A stretch of DNA of 64,000 bases from Podarcis gaigeae (taxonomy: Eukaryota), in the NCBI GenBank assembly GCA_964106915.2, contig OZ066921.1, one strand, 5' to 3'. Positions 31,125-64,000 of the stretch are shown piece by piece. Position numbers and translations under genes: made by a program. The notes beneath the pieces were generated by a model that was given only the letters and a program-made list of their open reading frames with translations, did no database searches and had not been told where the DNA came from. Each line of letters opens with the position of its first letter. The first letter of the stretch is position 1.

Positions 31125-31699
31125 AGAAGCCCCCATATACTGAGTCAGGCCATTGATCCATCTAACTCAATATTGCTCACACTGATTGACAGCTCTCTGG
31201 GATTTCAGGCAGGAATCTCTCTCCCATACCTGGAGACACCAGGGAATGAATCTGTTACCTTCCTCATGCATGGAGGTTTTAGCCCCAACTCGAAATGTAA
31301 AGGGAAACTTTCTACCTACCACTTTAGGTTATTTTTCTATACATACATAATTTGTGTATTATAAATGCACTGCAACAGGATGGGCTTATATAGTGAAATA
31401 CTACTTAACATGAATAGAAACAAGACAGCAAAATGAGAAACCCTTTCTCAAAGTCATAAAAGATATCTGATATAACCACAGATGCCCCTGCAGCTATGTA
31501 AGTTGTTCACTAATGTAACGATGGCCTGGTAGGCTGACTTTTGAGCATATCCTTGCATATGCTTGGGAAGGGCTCTCTCGGGCCTCTTTTGCGAGACAGA
31601 CTCCCTACACATCTAGAACTTTTATTCACTCCCTTTTTTCAGGACCTCGCAAGAAAAGCCCGAAGGAATACCTTCGTGCAAATCAATTACAGTAAATGA

Positions 31700-32850
31700 A
31701 ATGGGGCGGTGGCCGCGGAAAAGGGCTTCTGCCCTGATGTTTTTACATTAGTCAAAGACTGTCCGTAGTCGAGGTCTTGCTTGAGGGAGGACTGGCAGCT
31801 GTCTTTGCTCGGGACTTGCGCGGTCTGCACTGCAGGGAAGCGGGCTGCTCCGAGCCAGGATGCCGAACCCCCTTCCTTCTGTGAAGCGTATCTCCTTTTC
31901 AATTTGCAAGGGACCCGCAGGCCTTTCTGCAGCGGCGCCCCCTCCTGGAGCTTATAGGCGCCACGGCTCCTCCGGGCCGCGCGGGGGCAGCAGCGGGCCG
32001 GTCCGCGCGGGCCGGTTTGGGCGGCGCTCGTCGCTGGCCAAGGCTTGGCTGGGGGCGCCCCGCCGAGTTGCCATGTAGCGAGCCGAAGAAACGGCGCGTC
32101 CGGGCCGGGCAGAGGCGCGGGCAGCCGGGCCGGGCCAGGCCGCATCCCCCCCACCCACCCCCATGGGCGCGCAGGTAAGGGCCGCGGAGCGCAGGGGGCT
32201 CTTCCGGGCTTCTCCCCCTCGGGAAAGGGGGTCCCTGGGGTCGCGGAGTGGGGGGTGTTAGGCGCTTCCCTCTCTCGCTGCGCCCCTCGCCGCCGCCTCG
32301 GGTCTCCGGGGAGCCTCGGTTTCCCCGTCTGCCAACCTTTCAGGTCGATTGAGGCGGGGTAGGAAGCGGCTCGGGGTTGCTTGAGGACGCGGCTCCCCAC
32401 CCCCACCCTCGAAAGTGGGAGGAAAAAACCCTGAACCTCCTTCCCCTCCCGCGCCTCGAGCTCTGGCTCTTCTGCTCCCCACGCAGGACCCTCTTCCCTC
32501 CTTCGACCCGGCAAGAGACTCCGCCGCCCGGTGGGACACAGCAGGTCTTGAGCGTGCAGCCTGGCTCACTTGCTGAAGCCCTCTGGTTTCGCTCCTCCTG
32601 GTCGTGCCCTCCCTCTGGCACCGCCCTTCGCGCCTCTCCCCCCCCCCCATAATAATCCAGTTGTGGCCCCTTCTGATCTAGGGATCCCCTCCCAGGGATC
32701 TCTGCGTTTGTTTTCGTTGTTTTCACCCGCCCGAGGCCTCTCGCAGCCTCTTCCAAAAAAGCACGAATCTGAAAGGCAAAGCTTTAAAAAACCCGTTTCA
32801 AAACGTACGCCACACGAAAGAGAAAGGACGCGGAAGGCCATTTAGGGCTG
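31700..32850 (+). promoter_or_regulatory. DEF8 CpG-island promoter and non-coding first exon (donor after 32174)
   Basis: Very high GC/CpG; strong donor gcgcag|gtaagg at 32174/32175; 3.4 kb upstream of the first coding exon. Confidence 0.75.
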
Positions 32851-35374
32851 AAAAACCTCATTCCCCCTGCCTTGAAAGTGTGGTTTAATATCCAGATACA
32901 CTCTGGTCTCAGGTGGCAGTAGGGGGTTGCCTTTGGGGCTCCTCTCTAGGCTCTGCAGGTCCCCATTTCTGCTCTCCTGATTCTCACAGCCCACCAGCAA
33001 AGCCAAGACACTCAGTCCCGGGCACTTCCTCAGTTGCCTCTCTGCCTTCTGCACCTGTTCTTTCATGCTGCTTTGGGTACCTGGAAATGCCCCCTGTGCC
33101 AGCTTTTGCTGCTGCACCAAGTATACATGTGTGCATGTGGTGAGCACCTTGGACACAACAGCCTCATGTGATCGGTAGGTGCAGAATGTAGGACAAAGGG
33201 GGCTTTCTAGCTATGGTAATGGGTTTACTGGTACACTGGCCTTGCCATCTGATTATCTACAGAAAAGTAGGCTAAGACAAGAGCCCACCAGTTGCTTTGG
33301 CAGGAAAGGTCATCGCTCAGTGGTTAGAGCATCTGCTTTGCATGCAGAAGACCCCAGGTCCAATCCCTGATGGTATCTCCAGGGAGGGATGCAAAAGGCT
33401 CCTTAATCTGAGCTCTTGGATAGCAGCTGCCAATCAGTGTAGACAGTACTGAGCCAGATGTATCAATGGTCTTACTCCTTTGTATATTCCTATAAGCGTG
33501 CAACCAACAGTCCCATACCAGGTGTTTTGCACTACAATTTTCATTAGGCTCAGTGAGCACTGGTGTTGCTGGTATCTGGAGGGCACCAAGTTGATGAAGG
33601 CTGGTTTAATGTGTTCTTCAAGGTATAATGTTATATGTAGCACAAATTGAGGTATTTCATCAGGTTTACTCATTTTTCAAAAAGAAAAAGATTTTAAAGT
33701 CAGCCAAATTTTTTCCCCTGTTGCTTATATATTATTTTGTTTATTTTGCTATTTATAGATTGCCTTTCAGGCTGTTCACATCACATTAAAGACACAAAAT
33801 TATACAACCCTGAGGTTGTAAATGTTAAATTCTGTACACCTAGAAAACTAAAACAGCAGCACCTAAAAAAACAACAACAAAAACAACCAGCAGAATAAAA
33901 CTGAGCTGGAAGCAGGAGGTTTTTCTTTAAAAAAAAATGCCCTAGAACAAAGCAAACATCACTTTTCTAAAGTGATGTGGACAACCTTAGAGCTCAATTA
34001 TCAATGTCTTCATGATGAAAAAAAGGCTTCTTGGATTCTATTTGAGTTGTTTCCGGTGGTTAGTAAAGGGAAGGTGCTAATAGCCCAACAAAGTGAAGAT
34101 GATGTCATTTTAAAGGCTCCTTAGAGCATGAGACAGAAGGGAAGAGCAGCTAATGGAAGGTTCTCATATATGCACTTAAATCTCAGTAGGGAAGTTGGAA
34201 CAGAATGGTAAAAAGAGATTTGTACAATAACATGCTTGGAAATCTGTATTTCTTTCATAATAGTTATCCTAATAATGATAATAATTTTTGTGTGGCTGTC
34301 ACCCTACCAATTGATTCCTTGCCATCAAGGGACAATGAGACAGGGTTGATTGATGTCATGCTGGTTTAAAATTCATTTAGCTGGCTTTCTTACTAGCCCT
34401 TCTCTGAGGGTCCCTAGATAACCATCAGTGGTCATGTGATGTTATGGACAACTCCATTGCTGGAGGCTCCAATTCCCAAAGAGGAAGGCTAAGCATGGTT
34501 ACATATAAAAAGTAGTCTCTCAAGCAAGTGTGGTTGTATGCAGCCCGGGTGGTCTTGGCCATGTGAACCACTCTTCATCAACAGTGTTAGAAACTGGGAT
34601 AGAAAACCTAGGAGCCAAATGGCTTCCGGGTTGTGGGCACTTTTAATTTATTATTTTGATAAGCATGAGCTAATATGAAATTCACATAAGTGACACATTG
34701 TTAATATAACATTTTAGCAGAAATTGTTAATACATGTTTAATTTGGTGTTTACAATAAAAATATTGGTACCATACTTCAGTTTTCAAAATATTCTACTCT
34801 TTATTGTTAAACTCCTTTACATATTGTCTATCCTTAACATATACTTCAAGGCTTCAAAGCACGTTCATTTCAGTAATCCTTAAGTGCCAGCCAGGCGCAA
34901 AGAATGGCATCCAGACTTTTTGAGGTGCTCACAAATGGGGAATCTTTCGGTGCAAAATGTGCCTGGTGCCCTGCTAATTTTGAACCCCGTTCCTCAACCT
35001 GATGGGCTCTGGGTCTTTTGGATTACAACTACCATCAGTCCCAGCCAGCACAGCACAAAGGATTGTATTCAACTAAGGCTTACTCAGAGTACACCCATTA
35101 TAATTGGTGGTTATGTCCATTAACTTTGAGGGGCCTACAGTGAGTAGAGTGGTAGCAAATATGACCACAAATGTCTGAAGGGCACCAGGTTGGGGAAGTT
35201 TGATATAGACTCAAAGTGGCCAAAGTTTGCCTAGCTGTGCTGTCCACTGGAGTTCTTGGGGATTCCAGGAAGGAACTGGCAGTGACATCATTGTGCAGGA
35301 AGGGATGACACCTGACTGATGCACAGGAGCTGCCCTGCTGGATGCCTGCATGACTCTGCACAGTTATTGTGTAG

Positions 35375-43040
<7,666 letters not shown>

Positions 43041-43826
43041 AGGTGCCTTTCCTTGGCTGGAGGGAGATGGCACAAAGGCACATGGCAAGCCCAGGATGCT
43101 GGGTTTCACCTGTACTTGCCTGGGAGGAGGTCAGCCCAGACTGGCAAGGAGGAGAACCTTCACAGGAGTGCAACTGGAAATGGCTTCTCAAAAGGTTCCG
43201 GGAAATGATGCGGCAGGACAAGTGTCCTAGACTCTCTCTCACTAGAAGAGCCTTTGAGACTGCTCAGTACATCAGACTTTGCAGACTCTCCCTACCTGAA
43301 ATCATGAGACTGAGCACTGTCCTCACAGGACACAGGTTTTTGGGTGTGAGGAGGACAAGCTTTGGGGCCAGGGTTTATTCATGGCAGATCCTGCTAGGCT
43401 GAAAAACATTGGAGAAAGGGCCGACTGACTGTGATGCGAAACACTTGCTAGCAGCTTTCCTCGGCTGTTGCTTATTAATGCCACCGCTCTATGCTGGCAC
43501 ATGACATTGAGAGTGCCCCTGTGGCTTCCGTTTTGACAGTGATACATCAGCGTGGAAGATGATCCGAGGCAGGTGGGCTTAGGGATGATATCCATATCTG
43601 GAATTCATTCCCTCTAACTTAGATGCATAAAGTATCTGTGCTGGAGATCGAGTATGTGGGAGAGAAGATGCCCTTTTCTCCTTCACCATCCCCATGGCTT
43701 TTGGTGATGGCAACACAAGGACTGGATGGATGATGAACTTGGAACAGACCCCAACAGCCAGTGAGACGAGACTGGAGTGGGGCACTTCAACCACAGTAAT
43801 TTATCACGAGCACTAAAATCACTTTA

Positions 43827-43832
43827 AATAAA
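43827..43832 (+). terminator. Candidate DEF8 polyadenylation signal
   Basis: AATAAA about 790 nt after the DEF8 stop. Confidence 0.65.
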
Positions 43833-44277
43833 GCCGTGTGAAACTCTGGCTGCATTACTATGACTTTAAGTTCTGCCTGCACAGACCTTGTCTTCTGCAA
43901 ATATGTTACCTTCCTTTCCCTCTCCTGGAAGGCTTCAATGTTGCATCCTCTGGAGCTATTCAAGACAGTTTATGGCCAAACATAACGTGAGGGCAGATAG
44001 TTAGTGCCACTACTTATTAAGATAAATTAACTTGAGATCACATGTCCAAGTAATGAAGACCTTGTTGTAAAATGTGATTCATATGTGGTAGTTACTTGCT
44101 TTTCATTCTTGGGGTGCCCTTAGCCCCTTTGTCTCTATCTGAACTAAGGAGCTTCAGGTGCAAGGAAGTTGCAAATACAACGGGTTCATCTTTGCTATGT
44201 GTACAGCTCAGTAACTTGCAACTGAACCTGTAAATTGTGTTAACCGTAACATGATTTTATTCAGTGTGGTGAATTGA

Positions 44278-44528
44278 GAGAGCCAGTGTGGTGTAGTGGT
44301 TAAGAGCAGCGGACTCATAATCTGGTGAACCGGGTTCAATTTCCCACTCCTCCACATGCAGCTGCTGGGTGACCTTGGGCTAGTCACACTTCTCTGAAGT
44401 CTCTCAGCCTCACTCACCTCACAGAGTGTTTGTTGAGGGGGAGGAAGGGAAAGGAGAATGTTAGCCGCTTTGAGACTCCTTAGGGTAGTGATAAAGTGGG
44501 ATATCAAATCCAAACTCTTCTTCTTCTT
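44278..44528 (+). mobile_element. Squam3-type CORE SINE, near full length
   Basis: gagagccagtgtggtgtagtggttaagagc A-box head, gggttcaatttccc B-box, ctgggtgaccttgggctagtcac core, (CTT)n tail. Confidence 0.8.
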
Positions 44529-45621
44529 CAGTGGTCTGAAAGCTCCAAGTGATCTGTTGTAGCTGTTTCATAAATGTAAGTCCATAGCTGATAAGTAGGC
44601 ATGTGCAAGTTCAGCTTGAATTATAGATGGATTGTAGAGGGATGTGGGAAGAGGAAACATGGGTTTCAACTTCTATTAGTTGGTTGAACAGGGAGTTATT
44701 TTAACATCACAAAGTTGCTATTATCCTAGGCTCAGCCAAGCAGGTACCACAATAGTCCTGCTCCCTTTGGCTTAATACCACAACACAGTGTTACCAAAAA
44801 AGCTTTCCTTGCCCTACCACAACCAATTGGACATACTAGGGCAGAAGGGACAAGGTACATATGAGATTTAGCAGCCAGGTAAGAACCAAAGAGTCCTGCT
44901 CCCAACTGACAAAATGGCTATCTAGACCATCATATAGTTTCTCACAGTAACTAATTCCATGCTTCTTGAAAGCCCACAAGCAGGAAATAAGCACAAGAGC
45001 ACTCTCCCTACTTGTGCTCCCCAGCAACTGGTGTTCAGAGGCTGAGCACTTCCAGTATTGGGCTAGTCCCCAGGCATAATGGTTGCTAGCCACTGGTAGC
45101 CTTATTCTCCATTTGTCTAATCTGCTTTCAAAGCCATCTTGGTTGGTGGCCATTGCTACCATCTTGTGCTAACAGATTCTACAGTATTAAAGTACACTGA
45201 AATGTAAGCAGTGAGAGCTTTTCTAACATGAGGCAGAAGATCTTGATTCTATGTATCTCTGAGCGAGTCCTATGTACTGGATTCCTAGTTCATAGCATTC
45301 TTGACACAACCTCCCCCATATTCTGGGGGTTGTACCATCTCTGGCTGACAATGTGAGGGTAAAATGTGGGTGCTGCTGTATCTCCAGCTGATACAGGAAA
45401 AAGATGGAAAGACATACTGGGCTGAGAAGCCAAGCAGAGGGATTCCTGAGCAAGGGCTGATGGTTAGGGAATGCTCGTTATGCCTTGGATATTTACTGTT
45501 TCAAGGCTGACCCTGGACCATTTGAATTAATGAAAAAAATCTGCCTCTGCATAGCTGCAGAGTAAATTTCCCCGAATACTGAGTATTCATAATTAGAAAG
45601 GTTGCCACAACTTCAGATCTT

Positions 45622-45748
45622 CACGCACACAAAAGTTCATACCAAGAACAAACTTAGTTGGTCTCTAAGGTGCTACTGGACAATTTATTTATTTATTTTT
45701 ATATACTGTATTTCTACTGTGTCAGACCAACACGGCTACTTACCTGAA
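45622..45748 (+). mobile_element. Penelope-like retroelement terminal fragment
   Basis: gcacacaaaagttcataccaagaacaaacttagttggtctctaaggtgctactgga..cagaccaacacggctac resembles the terminal repeat of reptile Penelope elements as recalled. Confidence 0.6.
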
Positions 45749-45904
45749 ATCCACATCTGCATAAATAGGTTTGGGGTGGGGAGATGTACTCCTCACCCCA
45801 GTAAAATGCCTCAATAAATTAGCATTTCACGTGTACTAAAGCCATTATTTCGCCTTTCATCCGCTGGGCTCTGACAAAATTTTCTGGTATACGCGGCCAA
45901 ATTC

Positions 45905-46084
45905 AATCCCGGAACTACATGTCACCACATTACGGTGCTGCAGCCTGTTTTCTTGGTTTCACAAGTTGGTTCACATACCTCCTATACGGTAGTGAGAAAC
46001 GAGAACTATAGCGCCTGCGCAGTGCAAGCCCGTAAGATAAACAAAAAGCGCATGCGCTTACGGCGCCTGAGTGATAGGACAATA

Positions 46085-46090
<6 letters not shown>
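45905..46090 (+). promoter_or_regulatory. AFG3L1 promoter: two NRF1-type sites, ZNF143-like and YY1-like motifs
   Basis: gcgcctgcgca 46011-46021, gcgcatgcgc 46048-46057, actacatgtcacca about 45914, aataatggc over the ATG; CpG-rich. Confidence 0.65.
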
Positions 46091-58698
<12,608 letters not shown>

Positions 58699-61600
58699 GG
58701 AAAGCAGGGCCAGCCTGAAAAGAAACGCATGGCACATTGTCCATTGGTCAAGCACCAAGGCCTGTTTCTTTGGCTGGGGGCAGCATTGCCGAGAGACCAG
58801 CTGAGCCTCACTTTGCCATGGAATCATGGGACACTGTCAGGCTCCCCTTCCACCAAAGGACCAGCAACAATGTTCAAGGACCACTGTCTGCAGCAAGCAA
58901 CCTTTCTTCAGTTCTCCCCCTCCAACGAAGGACATGAACTGGGATGGTTGCTTGGAGCAGAGAAAAGCAGGTGCCACAAACAGCCTCTGTGCCTCCAGTA
59001 AACTCATTGACCATCTGACGCACACAGACCCAGCAGTCTGGGAAGGTAAGAGCAGGTGAGGAGTATCCTTTCCAGGAGACTGCTCTGCTCAAGGGACCAA
59101 GGGCTGCCTTATTATGCTCAGTGCCTTCACTCCAGCTTCCCCCCTGCTTTCCCTTCCCCTCCCCTGCAAGCCTGCCTTGCAAATGGGCAAGAGTGAACAG
59201 CAGAAGTCCATGCAGAAGAATTTCTGTGAACCTTGAGAACCCCGTGGACTTATCTAAGGGTTGAAGTGAATAGGTCTGAATAGGAACATGGTGCTAGTTT
59301 AAATGGTGCTACTTGAATGCTTAGCTTCTAGCTCTGTTGACATAAGGGGCCCCAGAGGATCCAGGGGGCAGGAGCCCCAAGCAAATCCAATAGGGCCACT
59401 CCAGACCATGGCTGTCCTGTGTGCAACATCAACTGCTTTCCCATTGCCTGCAGAGCAACCTCCTTTACACAATGCCTGTTATTTCTCACCACCAAATGCC
59501 TTCCCTGCAGAGGAGGCTTATACTTCAGTCTCACCTGAGTCCCTGCAAAGGAGCAGCTCAGGGCCCCTTTGGGCCCTTTACTTCCTGCTGCTTTTGCCTT
59601 GGAAATGTCACCTATGGTGGGCAACCAGTGGGCTTCCATGCAAGACATCTTAGTGGCTTCGGGGCTCTATCTCCTAGGTCAATGTTGGAGCAGTCAGGGC
59701 AGGAGGATATGCAGCCCAGCTCAACACCCCCCCCCCCCACTTCCAGCACTCCTTTCTTGGCACCTTGTGCTCAGTCACCAAAAGGCTTAGAATCCGTACC
59801 TGTGAGGGTTTTGATTTGGGTGTGTTGTGCCAACTCTCTTGTAGCTGCTGCCTTTGGAACCAAATCAACCTGGCATTTGCCCATGTATTGCCCACTGGGC
59901 AGAAGTCGTCCTGAAACCCCTACCCCACGTTGGCAAAGCCTCCCATGTAAAACCTGTGTGTCGGCCTTGCCCCCCCCCCCCCCGCCTCCACTCCACCCCC
60001 ACTGCTAGCTGCTTCTGCTGTTTACTCACTTGAATGCTGGCCGTTCCAAAGCATTTGACCGACCAGCTTCTGAAAAAGTGACTCAGCAGAAACAACACTG
60101 ACTAGCTCAGCAAAACTGCTGGCTTTACTGAAAGTCATATTTGCTACATTCAAAGACCAAAATAAGTTTGGGCACCACTTTCTTCCAGGAGTCCAGCATA
60201 GGAGCCGTCTTCTGCATGATGAGTTGCTTTTTTCTTTCCCTGTCCTTGAGAACCTTTGCAGGGAGTTGCATTTTCACATGAAAGGTGCCCCATATCTACC
60301 ATATAAGAATAGGTCAGACTTATGTGTCCTTCTTGCCCAGTAATGCTGCATACCCCAGGCTTTCCCACCAGTGGTCCTCCAGATGTTTCAGAACAGGGGC
60401 TGATGGGGGCTGTAGTAATTGTAATGGTTTTGTCTGTTTTTATAGTCTTTTCTGTTGTTAAAACCTGACCTGGGACCTTAGGGTTGAACAGCGGGCCACA
60501 AATCTTATAAATAAAACAGCTCAGAGCATCTGAAGAGGACCAGGTTGGGGAAGGCCGGCCTGCCCTGACCTTTGCCCCTCTCCAGGGTCTTGAGCAGAGG
60601 TCATATGGATTGTGGGCACCTCTGAGACACCTCTTGGCTTGCACTCAGTTCAGTAGGTTTCCCCTTCTCTCCTCTTCAGCTTTTTGCGCACATCCCATAA
60701 ATTTAGCCCTGTATAGAAGGAGAGACTGTGCTGCTGAAGTGTGTGCAAGCATAACCTAATTTAAAAATGAAACGCTAAAGCCAGCCCCCAAAAGACAACC
60801 AGGTTTCTAAAAAGGAAAATGTATATCTTTTGTAAACAAAGGCAGATGTGCAAACCTTGGTAAGCAGATCTGCAGGGAGGGCAACAAGGAGCAATAGATA
60901 AAGTACCAAGAACATTACAGATAGCAGTGGTGTGATGTGTAAGTGTGGACACTACTGAATATATATCTCAGGTAAAATGGGAAGTATATGGAGGCTGAAG
61001 GAGGCGGGCAGAATTAGCAGATTGTGACAAAGCCACTGATGAGGGGGAACAAATCAGGTTGGGCACAAGTCACCCCCAGTTGAGCCTCAGTGTTATCAGT
61101 AGGGAGCAAGGAAACACAGTTTGCAAAAAGCAGATTTTGTGGGTTTTCCAGCTGCTGGCTGGAAACCTATAGCACGCCCTACCACCTCACTTCCAATGTG
61201 CTGTGGATTCTGACTTCAGCAGCCTTTCCTCCCATGCAAGGACTAGGGAAGGAATCTATTGGACTTGGGAATGCAAGTGTATTTGTTTGATAAACAGCCT
61301 GTTTTCTTCTGCATGTGGGTTTGTTTGTTTCCTTGCTTCATAAGAACAAAGCAAAACAACAGAAAAAGCAATGATTTTGCTTTAATGGTTCAGACTACAT
61401 TGCCAGGACAGGACACACCCTGTGATCTATTGCTGGGTCTGTTCCACAGCTTTAGAGGCCACTGCTGTCTGACCCCAGGGGTTGGAGGGGGCAGCAATAA
61501 ACCATAACTGGGCACATTCAAACTTCAAACCCCAAGTGCAGAAACCTGGATTATACACGTCTGTTGGGTGAATGACAAGACAGTGGTGTGCAGGGCATCA

Positions 61601-64000
61601 TCAAGGTCAGACCTGGGTCTGCACGGTTCATTGGACAGTTTTCCTGCTCATGGCACCAGCAAGTGGATTGTGTGACAGAGTCAACGCTGCGGCCCAGCCC
61701 CAAGAACAGCAAAGGACACGTTGGGTCATCGTTAGGTGATATCCAGCACACTTCTGATTGGCTGCTGTAAAAGCTGTAGTTCTGCCACACTGCCTCAGCC
61801 AGAGCAACTGAGACTTTGTTTTGCCAGCTCTTACACCTTGCCCAATGAGAGGCCAAGAGCTGGGCAAGAAGTATCTGGAAGTGCCACGTCCTGCCTTCCT
61901 GACCCCTGTTCATTGTGTGCCTGCAGAAAAGTTCTGCTTGGTCCTCTGTGCCCAGGTACATATTGTTGCATGTGCTGAGTATTTCAGAGGGAGCAAAGGA
62001 GCCCCCAGCTGAGCAACTGGCTGGACCTGTTGGCATGAGGAAGGAGGGAGCGAGAGAACGATATGGATCATTCTAGCTGCTGCTCCTAGAAAATTTGGTT
62101 CTGTGGCTTTAAGAAACCCTGATTGCTGCCTCCAGCAGCTCTTGAGCGGAGACCCCGGGGTGATCTGTCAGGGTTATTGAGGCCACCTTCTCCCAACTGT
62201 GCACAATGCAAGTCCACAGGAATTGTGCTTTGCCAAGAGTGAGCAACCCAGAGGTGAGTCTCCAAGTATGAGGGGGCTGGACTTGATGGAAACATGAACT
62301 TGCCACCTGGAAGAGCTTCATGGCCTTTGCCTTCAAGTGGCCTTGATGCTGTCGCTGTGCCAAGTGAGAAAAATGCAGCGCACCAGGGAAGTGGCTTTGG
62401 CTCCCCTGCTCCCCTTGCCTCTGAGCCTCTGTAATTGTGCTGATCTGGTGGTATCCCTGCTGCAGCTTCCTGCCTCCACTTTGGCCAACAAAGCTGACTG
62501 TTCCTCAGATCATAGCAAGGATGAAACCAGCCTCACGTCCTACAGAAGTGGCTGCTTTTCGGTGATGTCCCTCTTCTGCCACAAGCCCCAGTTAGATCCA
62601 GCTTAAATTGGCACAGGGACTCAGGGTTCCAGGGTTGGCTTCTGGTTCCTGTGTTATAAACAACAAACTGGGTTTCGTGAACTGGAAGGGTGTGGATGCA
62701 CTTGAGAGCATCCCTGCAAACAGCTGAATTTGGCTGTGGAAGCAATGGATCAATTTGGGAAGCAGGCAGCTGTTGTTCTCCCTGAGCCCCCTCTCGGCAC
62801 ATGCACACACACACACACACATTCCCTGGTGGCTCATATGTCATCTGGGCATCATGATACACCAGCATTTCCACTTCAGCTGGCTGCGAGATCAGCTTGT
62901 GCTGCAATCAGCAGATGCTTATCTGTTAAGCCGTGAAACTCTGGACAGGCTTCAGAGTCCTCGTCATCTACGCTCTGCGCTCCACAATGGGGCTTGAAAG
63001 TTTATCTCCTCTGGCGTGGCAGGCAAAGTGGAGAGGGCTGAGGGCTGTGCATTTTTGAATTCCCAAAGAGGAGGAAGGAACGCATCTGCAGCTCCATTTG
63101 TCTTGACACAAATCCCTCTTGCCTTAAGATGCCAGCATTTTGCTGCAGAGGATGGAGGCGGCTGCTTGCTACAGACTCATCCCAGGAATGCATGAGAAGA
63201 TTTTGTCGCCCTCTGATCTGTTTGGCAAGGAAACCGGCTTTAAACTAAGGCCCAGACCACCTCTCTTGGTGGCTGTAAAGAAATGCAGCATTCCCTTCGC
63301 CCATGGCTACTGCGGTGTCTCAGGCTGTGAAGCTGTTCCCCCCCCCCATACACACTCCCTCCCCCAGAAAGATGCAGTCACCCAGAACAGGGCTGTGCAG
63401 TTACTTTGTAGGCTTTGGGGCTTGTGCAATGCCCCCGTCTCCGTTGGAGGTCCGGAGAGTCAGTGTGGTTGATGGATCAGAGGGCTGGGCTGAGCTCTGG
63501 CCTGTGGTCCCACCTAACTGAATGGCCTCAGCTGCAAGTCGCCACCTCTCAGCCTCCGGTTCAATGTCACTGACAGGCATGTTTCGATAGCAAACCCAGT
63601 AAGGACTGCGGCACATTTGCAAAGTGAATGGAGCAACATGATTTGAATGGTGTCGGGCTGGGAGAGAGAAGCTGCTGTTCCTGCCCCATCCTGGCTTTCC
63701 CATCCTGAGAAGGAGAGGAGAGGGGGAGAGAGGGGATGCAACCCTCTGGGTCTAGCTAACTGGGTGCCAACAGCAGGTGCCCAGTCTGCCAAGCGGCAAC
63801 ACCAAGTAGCTGACCAGCTATGGTGAGGAAGGTAAGGTAAACTGGACAGTGGGCCCTCAAAGTTTCTGAGGCCCCCAAACCTCAATAGGGTACAAGAGGG
63901 TGTGTAAGCCTTGGAAGGAGCCTGTGCTGAAGGGGACCCCAGAGACTGAACTAACTCCCTGTCCCTGCCAGAAGGGCATTCAGGCACCAGAGGGCCACCA

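Noticed and set aside
31687-32514. 275-aa minus-strand ORF over the DEF8 promoter
   Set aside because: Same CpG-island artefact.
33305-33380. tRNA-like sequence (gctcagtggttagagcatctgctttgcatgcaga..)
   Set aside because: Continues into a SINE body repeated many times in the window and lacks a proper acceptor stem; a SINE head, not a tRNA gene.
45610-45640. Hammerhead ribozyme in the Penelope-like terminus
   Set aside because: The CUGAnGA core is absent and the GAAA position reads acaaaag; the fragment is truncated.
59421-60008. 195-aa ORF downstream of AFG3L1
   Set aside because: Non-ATG start, no homology I recognise, homopolymer-derived proline runs.

Overview
Vertebrate genomic DNA from a squamate reptile, probably a lacertid lizard (inferred from Sauria-SINE and Squam-type SINEs). 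It carries the conserved block TCF25(3' end) - MC1R - TUBB3 - DEF8 - AFG3L1, all on the + strand (syntenic with human 16q24.3). I assembled exons by hand from GT-AG boundaries and reading-frame continuity: last 5 coding exons of TCF25; single-exon MC1R CDS (314 aa); 4-exon TUBB3 (450 aa, with an exactly in-frame 184-nt N run); 11 coding exons of DEF8 (452 aa); and an intact 17-exon AFG3L1 m-AAA protease subunit (772 or 782 aa), whose human orthologue is a pseudogene. Introns and intergenic DNA are rich in SINEs, CR1 fragments and hAT-type MITEs with 8-bp target-site duplications. I see no evidence of a wholly new multi-gene system. The best leads are: (i) splice signals around the nominally intronless MC1R (a 5'UTR intron enclosing a uORF, and a donor overlapping the stop codon, as used by human MC1R-TUBB3 chimeras); (ii) the intact AFG3L1; (iii) a nested CR1/SINE/MITE stack whose MITE carries TTAGGG repeats; (iv) an intronic REST/RE1-like site in TUBB3. 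Repeat family names and cross-species comparisons are from memory and were not checked against databases.
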